A stretch of DNA of 64,000 nt from Octopus vulgaris (lineage: Eukaryota): positions 66,030,001 through 66,094,000 of the forward strand of contig OX597822.1 in NCBI GenBank assembly GCA_951406725.2. Direction: 5' to 3'. Each line of letters begins with the position of its first letter. Positions within the stretch are counted from its first letter, which is position 1. Below, one piece after another: positions 28,101 through 41,954 of the stretch. Made by a program: the position numbers and the translations under genes. The notes under the pieces are model-generated. The model was not told where the DNA came from, did no database searches, and was given only the letters and a program-made list of their open reading frames with translations.

Positions 28101-28457
28101 CAAGAGACCCCAACTGATGCAACTACATGCAGTAGGATTTACAAAAAACAACTTCATTTTTTTTCTGTCCATGTTTCTACAGGAATAAATACAGACCACA
28201 CCAACAAACTCAAAAGAGAGTAGCAATGTCGAAAACCTTCCTTCATCAAAATCCAATCACATAAGTATGGCCATTAAAAAAGAGTAATGGCCAATCCTAC
28301 ATGAACCTGAAGATTGCATAGTTTAATGCATGAAAGTACTAGTTCAATCAGAATGGACATTTAATATTCTGTCATTTGATTATGTCATATTATCCTATAT
28401 TATATAATTATAAGATTGTAAACAGAACGTGAAAATTAAAAAGTTGGAATTTCTTTA

Positions 28458-28519
<62 letters not shown>

Positions 28520-28541
28520 ATATATATACATACATATATAT

Positions 28542-28768
28542 TTCTTTATTTCTATATTGCCCACAAGGGGTTAAACATAGAGGGGACAAACAAGGACAGA
28601 CAAATGGATTAAGTCGATTACATCGATCCTAGTGCGAAACTGGTACTTTATCGACTCCGAAAGGATGAAAGGCAAAATCGACCTCAGAGGAATTTGAACT
28701 CAGAACGTAACGCAAGACGAAATACCACTAAGCATTTCGACCGGCGAGCTAACGATTCTGCCAGCTCG
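28542..28768 (-). mobile_element. SINE family B monomer
   Basis: CCCACAAGGGG...GAAAGGATGAAAGGCAAA...GAATTTGAACTCAGAACG...TCTGCCAGCTCG. Confidence 0.85.
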
Positions 28769-28818
<50 letters not shown>

Positions 28819-28829
28819 ACACACACACG

Positions 28830-28885
<56 letters not shown>

Positions 28886-29021
28886 TTATAATATATATAT
28901 ATGTATATTATTATCAATTTAATATATAATTTGCCTTAAAATCTTTATTGCATGCTATCTTATAAAAAACCCTTATGATTTTTATCCTTATATTCTGTTA
29001 TCTCTCTCTCTCTTTCTCTCT

Positions 29022-29062
<41 letters not shown>

Positions 29063-29140
29063 TGTAAAGAGAATAACAAATATTAAGGCACGGCAAACAT
29101 CTCACGTCGTATACGATATTATTATTGGAAAAAATTCAAA

Positions 29141-29196
29141 GTCTGACAGCTGTTTCTGAGATATTCCCTAGTATGGGGTATTCCGTCATCAGAGAC
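29141..29196 (-). ncRNA. Type-I hammerhead ribozyme motif (family H2), imperfect helix II
   Basis: Minus strand: GUCU-CUGAUGA-C-GGAAUACCCCAUACUAGGGAAUAUCUCA-GAAA-CAGCUG-UC-AGAC. Helix I GUCU/AGAC, palindromic ACAGCUGU helix III, GUC triplet. Confidence 0.7.
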
Positions 29197-30397
29197 AAAT
29201 AGGGAAAATGAAGATGGTGGGCCGCAAATGGTTGGAGACAATTATATTATATGTAGGCTTCATGTAGTTAACTGGAATTCCATATTGGGCACTAAGTATG
29301 TCGCTCCATATTTAATTTCTGCACATTGTTACGATGTGGCATCTTCGACAGAGCGGTGTCCTTGAGTTGAAGATCTATACTTTCAGATAGTGAGTTTTCC
29401 CATGTATGTGTATATTGGATATTTAGAAATATTTAGAACTGCTAAAAAGTTTCCACACTTAGAAATAAAATGCTATTTTCCTGAATGGAAAATAATTCGT
29501 TTTTCCATGACATTCGTCTTCAAATAACATTCATGTAATGATTTGGGAACATGCCTCCAAATTAAAACAATAAAAGGTTAAGTACTTAGGCTACAATGTT
29601 AACGACTGTTCCCTAGCCTCGTTAATGACTTCTTGTTTTTTACTCGTAGTATCAATTATAAGCTTGGTGGAGCAGATCATGCTTAAAGTTAAATAATTGG
29701 TCATCGATGCAACATAATAATAGAGTATGAGCTGCTGTTCACACTCCGGCATCGCATTAATCTAGACTGAAGGCGACAGAAATAGCAACAAATAGACTTA
29801 TAAAGAAACACGTTGATACTGAACAATTTGTTCCTCTTTTTTGATTAAATACATTCATTGCAACTGAAATCCACTAACTTTGGAAGATTACATAAGATTA
29901 ATTTTATCTCATTGACAAATATTTTAATGTCATCATTTTCTGTATTGGAGCAGGTATATCTGGGTTTTGTTTACCCTAATTTACGTTATATCTCCAAAAT
30001 ACTTATGGATAATCCCCATACAATTTTAGGAAACTTCTGTTTCAAACGTAGAATTTTTAAGCACTCAAAAACTCCGCAACATTTTATTTCAAATCGAATA
30101 ACACTATGGATTATATTTTTTTTAAATCGAAGTTTTCCAGTGAAACTCTATTTTAGTGATACAGAGATATCGAGATAATTACATAGATGTTGAAACACGT
30201 TTGAATATTTAGATAATACAAAGAAGCACATTGAAATGGATATATTTCACCTTGTGTATTCACGATAAAAATCTTACACCAGAACTTACGTAGAGTTTTC
30301 TTGAATGCTGATATTAGGAGACAGTTCTTTACTATCACACTGTTAACATGGACAAAAACAAAACTTTGCTTTTAAAACATTGGCAATCTTATTGCTT

Positions 30398-30596
30398 ACT
30401 CTTTTACCTGCTTCAGTCATTTGACTGTGGCCATGCTGGAACACCGCCTTTAGTCGAACCCTGGACTTATTCTTTGTAAACCTAGTACTTATTCTATCGG
30501 TGCCTTTTGCCGAACCGCTAAGTTATGGGGACGTAAACCCACCAGCATCGGTTGTCAAGCGATGTTGGGGTGGGACAAACACAGACACAAACATAT

Positions 30597-30629
<33 letters not shown>

Positions 30630-30797
30630 CACATATATATACGACGGGCTTCTTTCAGTTTCCGTCTACCAAATCCACTCAAGGCTTTGCTCGGTCCGAG
30701 GCTATAGTAGAAGACACTTGCCCAAGGTGCCACGCAGTGGGACTGAACGAGGAACCATGTGGTTGGTAAGCAAGCTACTTACCACATAGCCACTCCC
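30398..30797 (-). mobile_element. SINE family A, well-preserved copy
   Basis: CAGTCATTTGACTGTGGCCATGCTGG...GACACTTGCCCAAGGTGCCACGCAGTGGGACTGAAC...CCACATAGCCACTCC. Confidence 0.88.
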
Positions 30798-33204
30798 TTG
30801 CTTGTTGAAAGATAAAATATGTAACGAATTCCTTTCACGTCCTACTTACAAGACAACAAAAATTCATCAAATGTCTTGCTAAAAATAATCACCCTGGCGG
30901 CTCGGTTTCGCCTCTTGGCATGGGAGCCTTAGTTAAAGTTGCAACCGTGGATGTGTGGTAAGAAGACAGTTTCTCAACCATATGTTTCAGTTGTCAGTCT
31001 CACTGTGATGCATTTTCGGCGAATGTCGATTACGTGTCCCTTCATAATTTCCAATCTACAGACGCACGCTTATTGTAAACCAATCTACTCTACATTCACA
31101 GATCTTTTTATGTTTTTTTTTTCTGGTGCTAGAACATCGCTCTTCATTCAGAATTGCTTTCCAAATAGAAATTTTAAAATTTAATGTGGCCTTTAGACGA
31201 TAAAGCAAGTATTTATATTTAGCTCTTTCAGTCGCGTCAACCATACAATCCCTTTCGTAATAGCCACCAGATACAGGAAACTAACCGGCGTTACCGACTA
31301 AGGGAAGAAGCGATGGATCAGTACGTTAGAGTCAATCTTTGGTAGGATCCTCTTACACATGACAGCGGCTGTTCGACGTAAGTTTATATGTCAACAATGC
31401 TCAAGCAATGTACAAGCACACGTAGTAGACTTTTGTCGCTCTGCGCACATCTCAGGAGGGCGCGGCTTACATCCCTACGATGCTCAACATGCTGTTATTT
31501 TTTCCGTAACCAGCAATGCCTTCCGGCAACGCTGCAACCCGGGGATTTCCGGGAACCATCCAGGAGCCAAACCAAAATATCGACGAAAACCAAAATTTTC
31601 CATAGAATATCGCCGTTCTTGTTCATTACTACATCTCTGCAGAACTCCATCGCGGAATTGCACAGCCCGAAGTGCACCGTTCTGGCCTAAAAACATTCTT
31701 TCTGCCAGGTGACATACCTCTGGTTACGTTCGACCCTGGAATGATTCTAAATCTTATGGAACGCTCTACGCAACCCACAAATATAACAATTGTGGGTATA
31801 GAATTGTCAAGTTCAAAAAAATAAAGTAGGGAGACAACACATTATACTGATCGTTTCCGAACGAAGGTCAGCATTCTAGCTTCTGAAGAAGGGGCCAGAC
31901 CCAATCGCCAGGAGGAGGGCTACAAAGTTTTGGTGTTCGACCCAGCAAAATCTCCGAATTTATGCTATGATGCATCAGGTGAGATGAAGTTTACAATAGG
32001 AAGATTTGGTTAGTATAGTGCATGAGTGTATCTCACCTACCGGAGACATATTTATATACGATTGCATGCACAATCGTGCACACACACGCACACACACATA
32101 CACGCACAAACACACTTACACACACAAATTTCAAAACGAAAAATATTTTCTTTTTGGGGACGTGGTGGCCTCCAAGTATATGTTTACGTTCAGCATAAAA
32201 AAAGCCTTTACATTAATATAAGTTCTGGGTTCAGGCGAGAAAAAACACTCAAATGATACAACCTATCAATTTGAAATTAATACTTCCTTTTTATCTGTGT
32301 CTCACGGTCTCGTAAAAAAAACACGACCGTAACTGACAACCATAATGCTAACAACAGAACAGAAACCATGAAAAAGAACTGCAATAATAATCCCAATAAT
32401 AATAATGATGATGATCTTCAAATTCGTAACTGTACTGGCAAGAATTTACATTACAAAAAGAAACGCCTGTCTGCCATACGATTTCAACAAAGCTACTTGT
32501 TATTCAAACTTTGTGACTATCTGTAATGAATGACAGCTAGCAACCATGCAAATGTACTAAAGCTCTATTACTATTGAACTATATACGTAAAACTATTATT
32601 TGCTTATCACGTCTAATTTCCGCTTAATTTATATTCTGTTTGTGTCATGAAATGCTTTTTAAAAATATCTATTTTCGAGACTGCCGGTAAGATTGAAAAT
32701 GTTGGTAGCTCTGTTGAAGTGAAAAACAGTTGCAGAATACTAGAATACGTGTGGCGGATATATATATCACAATTTGAAGGATATTATTTTTTTTGAATAT
32801 ATAATTAATTCGGCAGAACGTTCAAGTACATACGTACGTGGACACAAATACAGAATTACACCACGCACACACTTACACGCACCTAGAAACACAAACTACG
32901 CACACGCACACACACACACACACTCACACACACACTATTGCCTATGCATAAATATCTGAGATCCAAATAAGATGACAAAATGAGTTTAGCGCATCTTTAA
33001 TGACCAGTTACAATTGTTTCAGAACCACGGTATTTTAATATTGCACACAAAAGTTCAACGTGAAAAGTAAGTTAATACTTTCGGTTTTAAACACCAAAGT
33101 AGCACATCGTGCGACATGCTTCAAAAGATGTGCTCTAGCATGGTGTGTCTGCCAAGTTTTGTATTTTGCTTGTATCGGGAGGTGACAAGACCTATAAATG
33201 TAAG

Positions 33205-34010
33205 AGAAGGTGGAGGAGGAGGGGAAGGGGTAGGTGGGTGGGGGATCAGCAACAGCAGAAAAAGAAGAAAGCGGAGGAGGAGGAGGATGAAGAAATGGAA
33301 GAAGAAGAAGAAAAAGGAGAGGGAGAAGGTGTAGAAGAAAAAGAAAGAATTGAAAAGAAAAGGAAGAAGAAGAGGAAGAAGGGGTAGAAGAAAAAAAAAG
33401 AAAAGAAAATAAGAGGAAGGAGAAGAAGAAGAAGAAGAAGAAGAAGAAGAAGAAGAAGAAGAAGAAGAAGAAGAAGGGAAAGAAGAAGGAGACGAAGAAG
33501 ACGAAAAACAAGACGAAGAAAAGAAGAAGAAGAGGAAGGAGAAGAAGAAGAAGAAGAAGAAGAAGAATATGGAAGAGGAGGAGGAGGAGGAGTAGAAGAA
33601 GAGGAAGAAGTATAAGAAGAGGAAGAAGGACTAGAAGAAAAAGAAAGAAAAGAAAATAAGAGGAAAGAAGAAGAAGAAGAAGAAGAAGAAGAAGAAGAAG
33701 AAGGAAAAGGAGAAGGAGACGAAAAAGAAGAAAAACAAGACGAAGAACAGAAGAAGAAGGAGAGGAAGGAGAAGAAGAAGAAGAAGAAGAAGAAGAAGAA
33801 GAAGAAGAAGGAGGAGGAGGAGTAGAAGAAGAAGAAGACGAAGAAGAAGAAGAAGAAGAAGAAGAAGAAGAAAAAGAAAAAGAAGAAGAAGAAGGAAAAG
33901 GAAAAGAAAAAGAAGAAGAAGAAGAAGAAGGAGAAGAAGAAGAAGAAGAAGAAGAAGAGAAGAAGAAGAAGAAGAAGAAGAAGAAGAAGAAGAAGAAGAA
34001 GAAGAGAAGT
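33205..34010 (+). repeat. Polypurine (GAA/GGA)n tract of about 800 bp with an internal ~250-bp higher-order duplication
   Basis: AAAAGAAAATAAGAGGAA...GGAGACGAA...AAAACAAGACGAAGAA...GGAGGAGGAGTAGAAGAA occurs twice (~33400 and ~33650). Confidence 0.95.
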
Positions 34011-34117
34011 CTATAAGGGAAAACGAGCAAAACTAATAGGTAGAAGATAATAAAAGAAAGAAATGATGAGGTGGGCTTAAAATAGACAGACGCCAGCCGT
34101 CTCATCAAAATGATTGA

Positions 34118-34533
34118 GTAGAGTAGCCGACCTGGTTGTGTGTCAAGCAGATTTTTTCCCAGCCACTAGGTTCCGGGTTCAATACCACTGCGTGGAACAT
34201 TGGACAAGTGCTTTCTAAAATAGTTTCGGGCCGATCAAAACGTGAGTCGATTTGGAAGAGGGAAACTGAAAGAAGCCCGTCGTACATACACACAAAGACA
34301 CACACTCACATATATATATATATATTAAGGTGTCTGTGTATGCGCGTGTGTATGTGGTGTGTGTATCTTTGTCTCTATGTTTGTCTCCCACCACCTCCTG
34401 CAACACCTAGCAGTTCGGCAAAAGTGACCAACAAAATAATTACCAGGCTTAAAAAAATAAGTACTGACTGCAGTCAATCCTCCAACGCACTGCTCCAGCA
34501 TGGCCTCAGTCTGATGACTGAAGCAAGTAAAAT
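34118..34533 (+). mobile_element. SINE family A, diverged
   Basis: GGTTCCGGGTTCAATACCACTGCGTGG...GGAAACTGAAAGAAGCCCGTCG...CTCCAGCATGGCCTCAGTC. Confidence 0.8.
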
Positions 34534-34580
34534 ATAACAGGAATATTGAAATCATGTTTATTTATATATCTATTTCACCA

Positions 34581-34686
<106 letters not shown>

Positions 34687-35450
34687 CCTATCTATCTATC
34701 TATCCATCTATCTATCTATCTATCTATATATATATATATAAATATGTCTGTCTGTCTGTCTGTCTGTCTATCTTTTTGAGTGTTTATGCGTGCGCGTGTG
34801 TGTATGTGCGTTTATATACATACATGTTTGCATTATGAGTATGCGTATATATACGCATATATACACACATATGATGACGGTAAATGTCTACCCAAATTTA
34901 ACACATTGTAACATATAGGAGGAATGCTAAGGAACCTGATGGTTTCAGTACCCTGTGTGAGGATAACTATTGGATTACGCTTTTAGGCAATAGCCTCTCT
35001 GGATATAAAACGCAGGAAACAACATATTGTATTAGAGACACAGCGGGGTAAAAGTGTAACGACAGGTAAAAGACGTAAGCGTAAGAGTAATGACAGCGTT
35101 TGGAAAGAAAAATAAACCGCCAAACAGGTTTGCTCGATAAAAAATTGACATGTCAGTATGAAGGAGGAAATGGAACGGAACAAGAGAAACACTAAAACAT
35201 AATGTATCATATATGACATAGAATTGAAAAAAAAGTACGATAAATATACATGGACAGTGTCCTTAAGTAAATGATAGTGAACAGATAAATGTATTTGTTA
35301 GACACAGAGACATGGAGAGACACAGAGAGTGACATAAGGGGAAGAAAGATGGAGGCGGAAGAGAAATGGAGAGAAAAGATCTGTGACCAGAGCGAATGGT
35401 CAACAAGTACGATGTATAAAGAACTCACACAGACGCTCATACACAAACAT

Positions 35451-35490
<40 letters not shown>

Positions 35491-36020
35491 CACACAACAC
35501 ACAACACACAACGCATGCAAATACTCACAAAATTGCAATGTTTCCGCACAATTAATGTGGAACATGATGGTACCAGACAAACTACAGTAGCATTGGCAGC
35601 TAAAAGCCTGAAACTATAGATATATTTGCAGAAAAATCATAACAATACGCATGCCAAGAGCAGTAAGAGAAAAATACTGTCATTCAGATAAAGTAGAGAA
35701 GTAACCGGTTCTTATTCATTTCTGATTCTCAGAATAAAAGCTATGCATACACGTCAAATGAAATTTACCATTAATCAGCTGTCGTTCGGGAGGACTGGGT
35801 GATATTTTTTTCAAAAGAGGAGAGTGGGTTATTCAGAAGGTGAGAGGAAAAGTGTCAGGATGTCAAAATAATAAGAACAAAGAGAATGAGACTATAGATG
35901 AAAATAAGCAAAAGCGACTAGTGAGTATTGTAAAAATTGGAGTGTTGATAAATTCGTGACCGTGTGGAAGCTAAAGGGTGCGTATATTAGAATATATGCG
36001 TCCATTATATGGTCTTCGTA

Positions 36021-36600
36021 AAGCAGCGAGCTGGCAGAAACGTTAGCACGCCGGGCGAAATGCTTACCAGTATTTCGTCTGCCGCCACGTTCTGAGTCCA
36101 AATTCCACCGAGGTCCATTTTGCCTCCTTTCGGGGTCGATAAATTAAGTACCAGTAACGCACTGGAGTCGATATAATCGACTTTATCCGTTTGTCTGTCC
36201 TTGTTTGTCCTCTCTGCGTTTAGCCCCTTGTGGGTAGTAAAGAAATAGGTATTTCCTCTGCCGCTACGTTCTGAGTTCTAATTCCGCCGAGATCGACTTT
36301 GCCTTTCATCCTTTCGGGGTCGATAAATTAAGTACCAGTTACGCTCTGGGGTCGATATAATCGACTTAATCCGTTTGTGTCTGTCCTTGTTTGTCCATTC
36401 TGTGTTTAGCCCCTTGTGCGTAGTAAAGAAAAGAGGTATTTCGTCTGATTTTGCGTTCAAATTCAAATTTCGCCGATATCGACTTTGCCTTTCATCGTTT
36501 CGGGGTCGATAAATTAAGTACCTGTTGAGTACTGGGGTTGATCTAATCGACTGGCACCCCTCACCCAAAATTTCGAGCCTTGAGCCTAGAGTAGAAAAGG
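36021..36600 (+). mobile_element. SINE family B tandem trimer
   Basis: One head GCGAGCTGGCAGAAACGTTAGCACGCCGGGCG, then three units with TTTCGGGGTCGATAAATTAAGTACC joined at GAAAwAG|GTATTTC. Confidence 0.9.
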
Positions 36601-36659
36601 TTATATGTTCTATGCGAGGGTGAATATATCTTTTTCTTTTCCCTTCTCTCAGTAATTAG

Positions 36660-36808
36660 ATTACGGCCATGCTTGAGCAGCTCTGTCTTGAAGAATTTTT
36701 CTCGGATGAATCGACCCCAGTACTTTTGCCGAACCGCTAGTTTACAGTGACTTACACACACATCAACGCCATTATGAAGCGGTGAGGGGAACAAACGCAG
36801 GCATACAT

Positions 36809-36887
<79 letters not shown>

Positions 36888-37035
36888 CTTACACACACAT
36901 ATACGGCTTCCTTTTTGCATTCTCGGTCCACCACATCCACTCATAATGCTTTGGTCGGTCGGAGGCTAATGTAGAAGATACTTATCCAGATACGCAATGA
37001 GACTAAACCTGGAGCCATGTAGTCGGGAGGCAAAC
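36660..37035 (-). mobile_element. SINE family A, diverged
   Basis: GGCCATGCTTGAGCA...TTTTGCCGAACCGCTAG...ATCCACTCATAATGCTTTGGTCGG. Confidence 0.7.
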
Positions 37036-37164
37036 TTCTTATCAGAAAAGCACTTACCGAATGTAATAAGAAATTAGATAAAAATTTTATCTAGACTTAA
37101 GTTTTTCAAATTGCAATTATAGTTAGAGAAACATTTACACGATTGTAACTCTTCTTCCACTGCA

Positions 37165-37885
37165 GCTAAAAAGTGGGTTCGGAGCAGACATGCTGCATTT
37201 AAGTTCTTGACAATGTTGCATCCTGACAGTTCGATATTCTTTACTATTCAAGGCACAAGGCCCGAAATTTTAGAGGGAGGGAGCCAGCACGCAACAGGTA
37301 CTTAATTTATCGACCCCGAAACGATGAAACGATGAAAGGTACAGTCGACTTCAGCGGAATTTGAACTCAGGACTCTAAACACAGAGAGGATAAAACAAGG
37401 ACAGACACACGGATTCATTCGATTACATCGACCCCAATGCGTAACTGGTACTTATTTAATCGACCCCGAAACGATGAAAGGCAAAGTCGACCTCAGCGGA
37501 ATTTGAACTCAGAACGTAGCGGCAGATGACATACCTATTTCTTTATTACCCACAAGGGGCTAAACATAGAGGGGACAAACAAGGACAGACATATGTATTA
37601 AGTCAATTACATGGACCCCAGTGCGTAACTGGTACTTAATTTATCGACCCCGAAAAGATGAAAGGCAAAGTCGACCTCGGCGAAATTTGAACTCAGAACA
37701 TAACGGCAGACGAAATACGGCTACGCATTTCGCCCGGCGTGCTAACGTTTCTGCCAGCTTGCCGCATTCCAGCCAACGCGACGTTGACAGAAAGCTTTAG
37801 TGTGTTTACGAAGAGGAAGCTATTGACAATAGCAACGTTCATACATGGATTAAAAATTTTAAAGAAGAGGAAAACAAGGTTAGAA
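37165..37885 (+). pseudogene. Mariner transposase N-terminal HTH relic interrupted by a SINE B array
   Basis: VRSRHAAFKFLT before the SINE; RDVDRKL*CVYEEEAIDNSNVHTWIKNFKEEE after it (VYG....V..W...FK pattern). Confidence 0.45.
37236..37767 (-). mobile_element. SINE family B tandem trimer
   Basis: Three ATCGACCCCGAAA.GATGAAA...ATTTGAACTCAG units; head ...TCTGCCAGCTTGCCGC at the right end. Confidence 0.88.
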
Positions 37886-38277
37886 CATTGATCGAAATCC
37901 TATTTTACATACCTCTGCATATGGAGGCTTTTAATTACTTAACCAATATCTGTTTATGCACAGCGCAACGTATATATTCCATGTCCGGGAAAACAAGTTG
38001 TGTACATCTATAAGAACAGTTCATCAAATCGAGAAACACTGAAATATATTTTACGTTGCCTAGCCTCGTTGGTTTTACATAAAAGAACTAAGAACTGTTT
38101 TAGCGGAGAAATGAATTTCACGCATACAACTTCGACTTTACTACTTGATATTAAAATGGGAAGTAAAGTTAAACAGAAAGGAAGTGTTTGATTTGTTATG
38201 CAAATATACGATCTATATGCATAGACACACAAACGCATACATACAGAAAGAGAGTGTGGGTGATAAATCATCCTCTC

Positions 38278-38610
38278 ACTCATTCACTCATTCACTCACT
38301 CACTGATTCACTTGTTCACTCACTAATTCCTTTTTCACTCACTGATGTACTTGTCACTCACTGAACCACTTGTTCAGTCACTGAACCACCTGTTCACTCA
38401 CTGATTCACTTGTTCACTCACTTATTCACTTGTCCACTCACTAATTCCCTTGTTCACACACTGAACCACCTGTTCACTCACTGAACCACTTGTTCACTAA
38501 TGTATTCACTTGTTCACTCACTGATGCACTTGTCCCTCACTGAACCAATTGTTCACTCACTGATTCACTTGTTCACTCACTCAGTCACGCACACATTCAC
38601 TCATTCATTT
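38278..38610. repeat. 20-bp minisatellite, about 14 degenerate units
   Basis: Units CACTGATTCACTTGTTCACT / CACTGAACCACTTGTTCACT, flanked by (CACT/CATT)n. Confidence 0.9.
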
Positions 38611-38621
38611 ACCCCCTCTCT

Positions 38622-38662
<41 letters not shown>

Positions 38663-38969
38663 CATATTGAATTTAATGATATTAAAGTTCTTGTCCTGCA
38701 GTACGTAATTGTTTGCCTTACCTCAGAAATTTAACCTATCCTTACTGATTCAAAGGGATGCCACCTCTAACCGTTTTTGAAGAAGTCAAACACATAACCA
38801 TAGATTCAACTGCCATTCTAACTGGAAGGTTTGTGGCTCACCAATTTGAGCACTCAGAACGCATACCTATAAGTTTGAGTCATCCTGATGAAAACTCCTG
38901 ACATCCTCTGTATATGTATGTATATATACATTTATATCTATCTATCATCTATCTACATATCAATCTGTT

Positions 38970-39036
<67 letters not shown>

Positions 39037-39692
39037 CTGTATCTGTCAGTCTGCCTGTCTGTGTGTATCTCTGCCTGCCTATCTCTCACCATCTATCTAT
39101 CTATTTATCTATCTATCTACGTGGATTTGCATGCATTTGTGTGTGTGCGTATTTAAACAACAATTGAATTTTCAAAACCGATTTCAAATTCATGCATTAT
39201 ATAATCCATAAAACCATGTTTCAGCTCAGCATACATCAGCAAGCACATGTTTATGTAGGATTCTGCTCTATTGAATCATTTCCCGTATATGAAACAATCA
39301 GCACAAAAATTTTGCTGAAATATTCAATCTATTTTTCACCACACAGATTCGACGATTATATATAAAGGAACAGCAATACCAAATTATATTAAATCTATAG
39401 AAGAAGAAAACCAAAAATAAAACAAAACGAAAACTCAACAAAATATATGACGTTATTTCGGTAAATCAATGCTTGGAAATATATACAATTATGTTGTTAA
39501 AGTAATCCCCATTGTATATATAAGGGAATACAATTGCGCTGATATGTGTCGCAAAGTAACAGAAATAAAGCGTGCGCCATATTGATATATTCACAGCAAA
39601 ATTTAATTGAAATATCGATGTTCATATTGCTGAAGCGAATGCACGCATGCGCGAGCACACGCTAAGCACCCACGCATACATACACACACACA

Positions 39693-39761
<69 letters not shown>

Positions 39762-40250
39762 GTTTGTTTATATATTTATATGTTTGTATATATATATGTT
39801 TGTATATATATATATATGTGTATGTATGTATGTTTGTGTGTTTGTATATACACACATACGCATACATGTATGTATGGATGTATGTGTGTCTGTGCGTTTG
39901 TCTTTGTGAAGGCTTGTATTTACGTATGGAAGCATATATATATATCAATTTGATATGCATTCTTGCTCACAAAAGCTTTTTATAAACTGAGCCACGTCTT
40001 GGTAACAGGGCAATATTCAAAAGTAAAGATTCTCTGTCGAAAATCTTTCACCATTATCATCCCAAGGCATCTCTCTCAACTATTTCTGAGCTTATAGAAT
40101 TTTTTCTTCAATTCGCTGAGAGAGAAAACGAAAAAAAAAATGTTCTAATGGAAATGATTCACGGAGTTGGAAATTTGGTCAGGTTTCCATATGTATCTTG
40201 CAGCTCGTGAAACATAATTGCACGGCGGACTGTGTACATACATACATATA

Positions 40251-40282
<32 letters not shown>

Positions 40283-40429
40283 CTCACGCACACACACATA
40301 ATTTAGACAGAAATTGAGGAAAAAGAACTACAATAATATCATCATCAACAACAACAACATCAGAAAACACTAATAATAATGATAATAATCTCAGGACAAA
40401 CTACTCTAAGTATTACATTGCTAAAAGCA

Positions 40430-40575
40430 CTAACTTGCCACTGTGGAGGATGTGCTCTGAGAAGGGAGAAAGTATAAGCCATATTGTTAGTGAGTGCTGT
40501 ATGCTCGCACAACGCGAATACAAAAGGAGACACGACAATTTGTTCAGATATGTCCAAAGGCTGCTGTGCGGTAAA
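40430..40575 (+). mobile_element. R4/Dong fragment: CCHC zinc-knuckle region
   Basis: PLWRMCSEKGESISHIVSECCMLAQREYKRRHDNLFRYV. Confidence 0.85.
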
Positions 40576-40579
40576 GCAA

Positions 40580-41780
40580 ACCGTAAAATCTTTACCAGGT
40601 ACCGAATGCACCATCCAAAATCAGATGTACACAGGATTTATCTCTCAAGTAAAGTAGGTGAAAGAGGCCTTATACAGCTCGAACAATCCTTCAAATGAGC
40701 AATAAGAAGCTTTGAAACATACCTTAATAAAACAAGTAATGTGCTCTTACGAACTGCACTGAAGCACGAATATTCCAAGCAAGCTTCCGTGATGAAGTTT
40801 AGTAAGAAATTTAAAAAAGTCTCTTCACTTACAAGTTAATAATAAGAATGAGCAAATACATCTAATTACTGACAAACCTACCATTGCTTCACCTGATTTA
40901 GAAATTAGCAATCAGAAAGACCAACGAGATCCAAATAGGGACAAACCTATCACTGATGCAAAACCATTTTTAAAAAAAGCAAAGAAGGCTTGCATGAGTA
41001 ATTTCGAAGACAACTGGAAAGGTAACCTCCTGCATGGAAAATGCCCTAACCGCCCGTCCAAGCCAGATATTGATCAAAACCAAACACACCATTGGCTACA
41101 AAGGAGAGGCCTGAAAGGGGAAACAGAAGGTTTTGTTATTGCATCGCGAGGTCAGACCTTACTAGAAACTACCAGGCAAACATCCTTACAGATGAATGTG
41201 ACCCTTCGTGCAGAATTTGCGGAAAATTCACAGAGGGAATTGATCATGTTGCTTCTGGCTTCCCAGTCCTCGCTGAATAGGAGTACCTCATAAAACACGA
41301 CTGACTATAGGAGTACATCCACTGGAATGCTTGTAATTACTACAAAATTAAATACCATAACAAATAGTATAAGCACCATCCAGAGAGTGTAGTAAATGGC
41401 GAGGGCGTAACCAAGGACTGCACCAGAGGAACTTGTCTGTTAATAGATATGTCTGTCCCACAAGATCAAAATGTCTCAAGAAAAGAATACGAAAAGCTTT
41501 CTCACTATAAAGATCTGCAAATTGAAATCTCAAAAATGTGGAAGCTTTGTACTACAATAATAGCAGTGGAATTAGTGCGTTGGAAATGATAAAGAAGGCA
41601 GCTGAGAAGTATATTAAACAACTCCCTGGTAACTACAATCTCTGTGAACTACAAAACACAACATTCTCCATCTAAAATGGGATAAATGTGATAATTTTAG
41701 CATGCATAGCAAAACAAAAGTGCCCTTGCTACTCTTGGCCTGCGGAGGATGCCCGGGACTAAGGCAGCTGAAATAAAGTT
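40580..41780 (+). mobile_element. R4/Dong fragment: post-RT region, zinc knuckle, RLE and 3' end; degraded
   Basis: RMHHPKSDVHRIYLSSKVGERGLIQLE; HHWLQRRGLKGETEGFVIA; TRNYQANI...CRICGKFTEGIDHVASG; LIDMSVPQDQNVSRKEYEKLSHYKDLQIEISKMW. Followed by (TAA)n. Confidence 0.88.
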
Positions 41781-41809
41781 ATAATGAAAATAAACCATAA
41801 TTAATAATG

Positions 41810-41933
<124 letters not shown>

Positions 41934-41954
41934 AAATAATAATATTAATAATAA

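Noticed and set aside
33035-34108. 357-aa ORF, the longest in the track
   Set aside because: It is the reverse strand of the GAA tract (poly-F/S/L).
38875-38910. CTGATGA at 38885 as a hammerhead
   Set aside because: No helix II closure or GAAA...UH follows; at most a truncated half.
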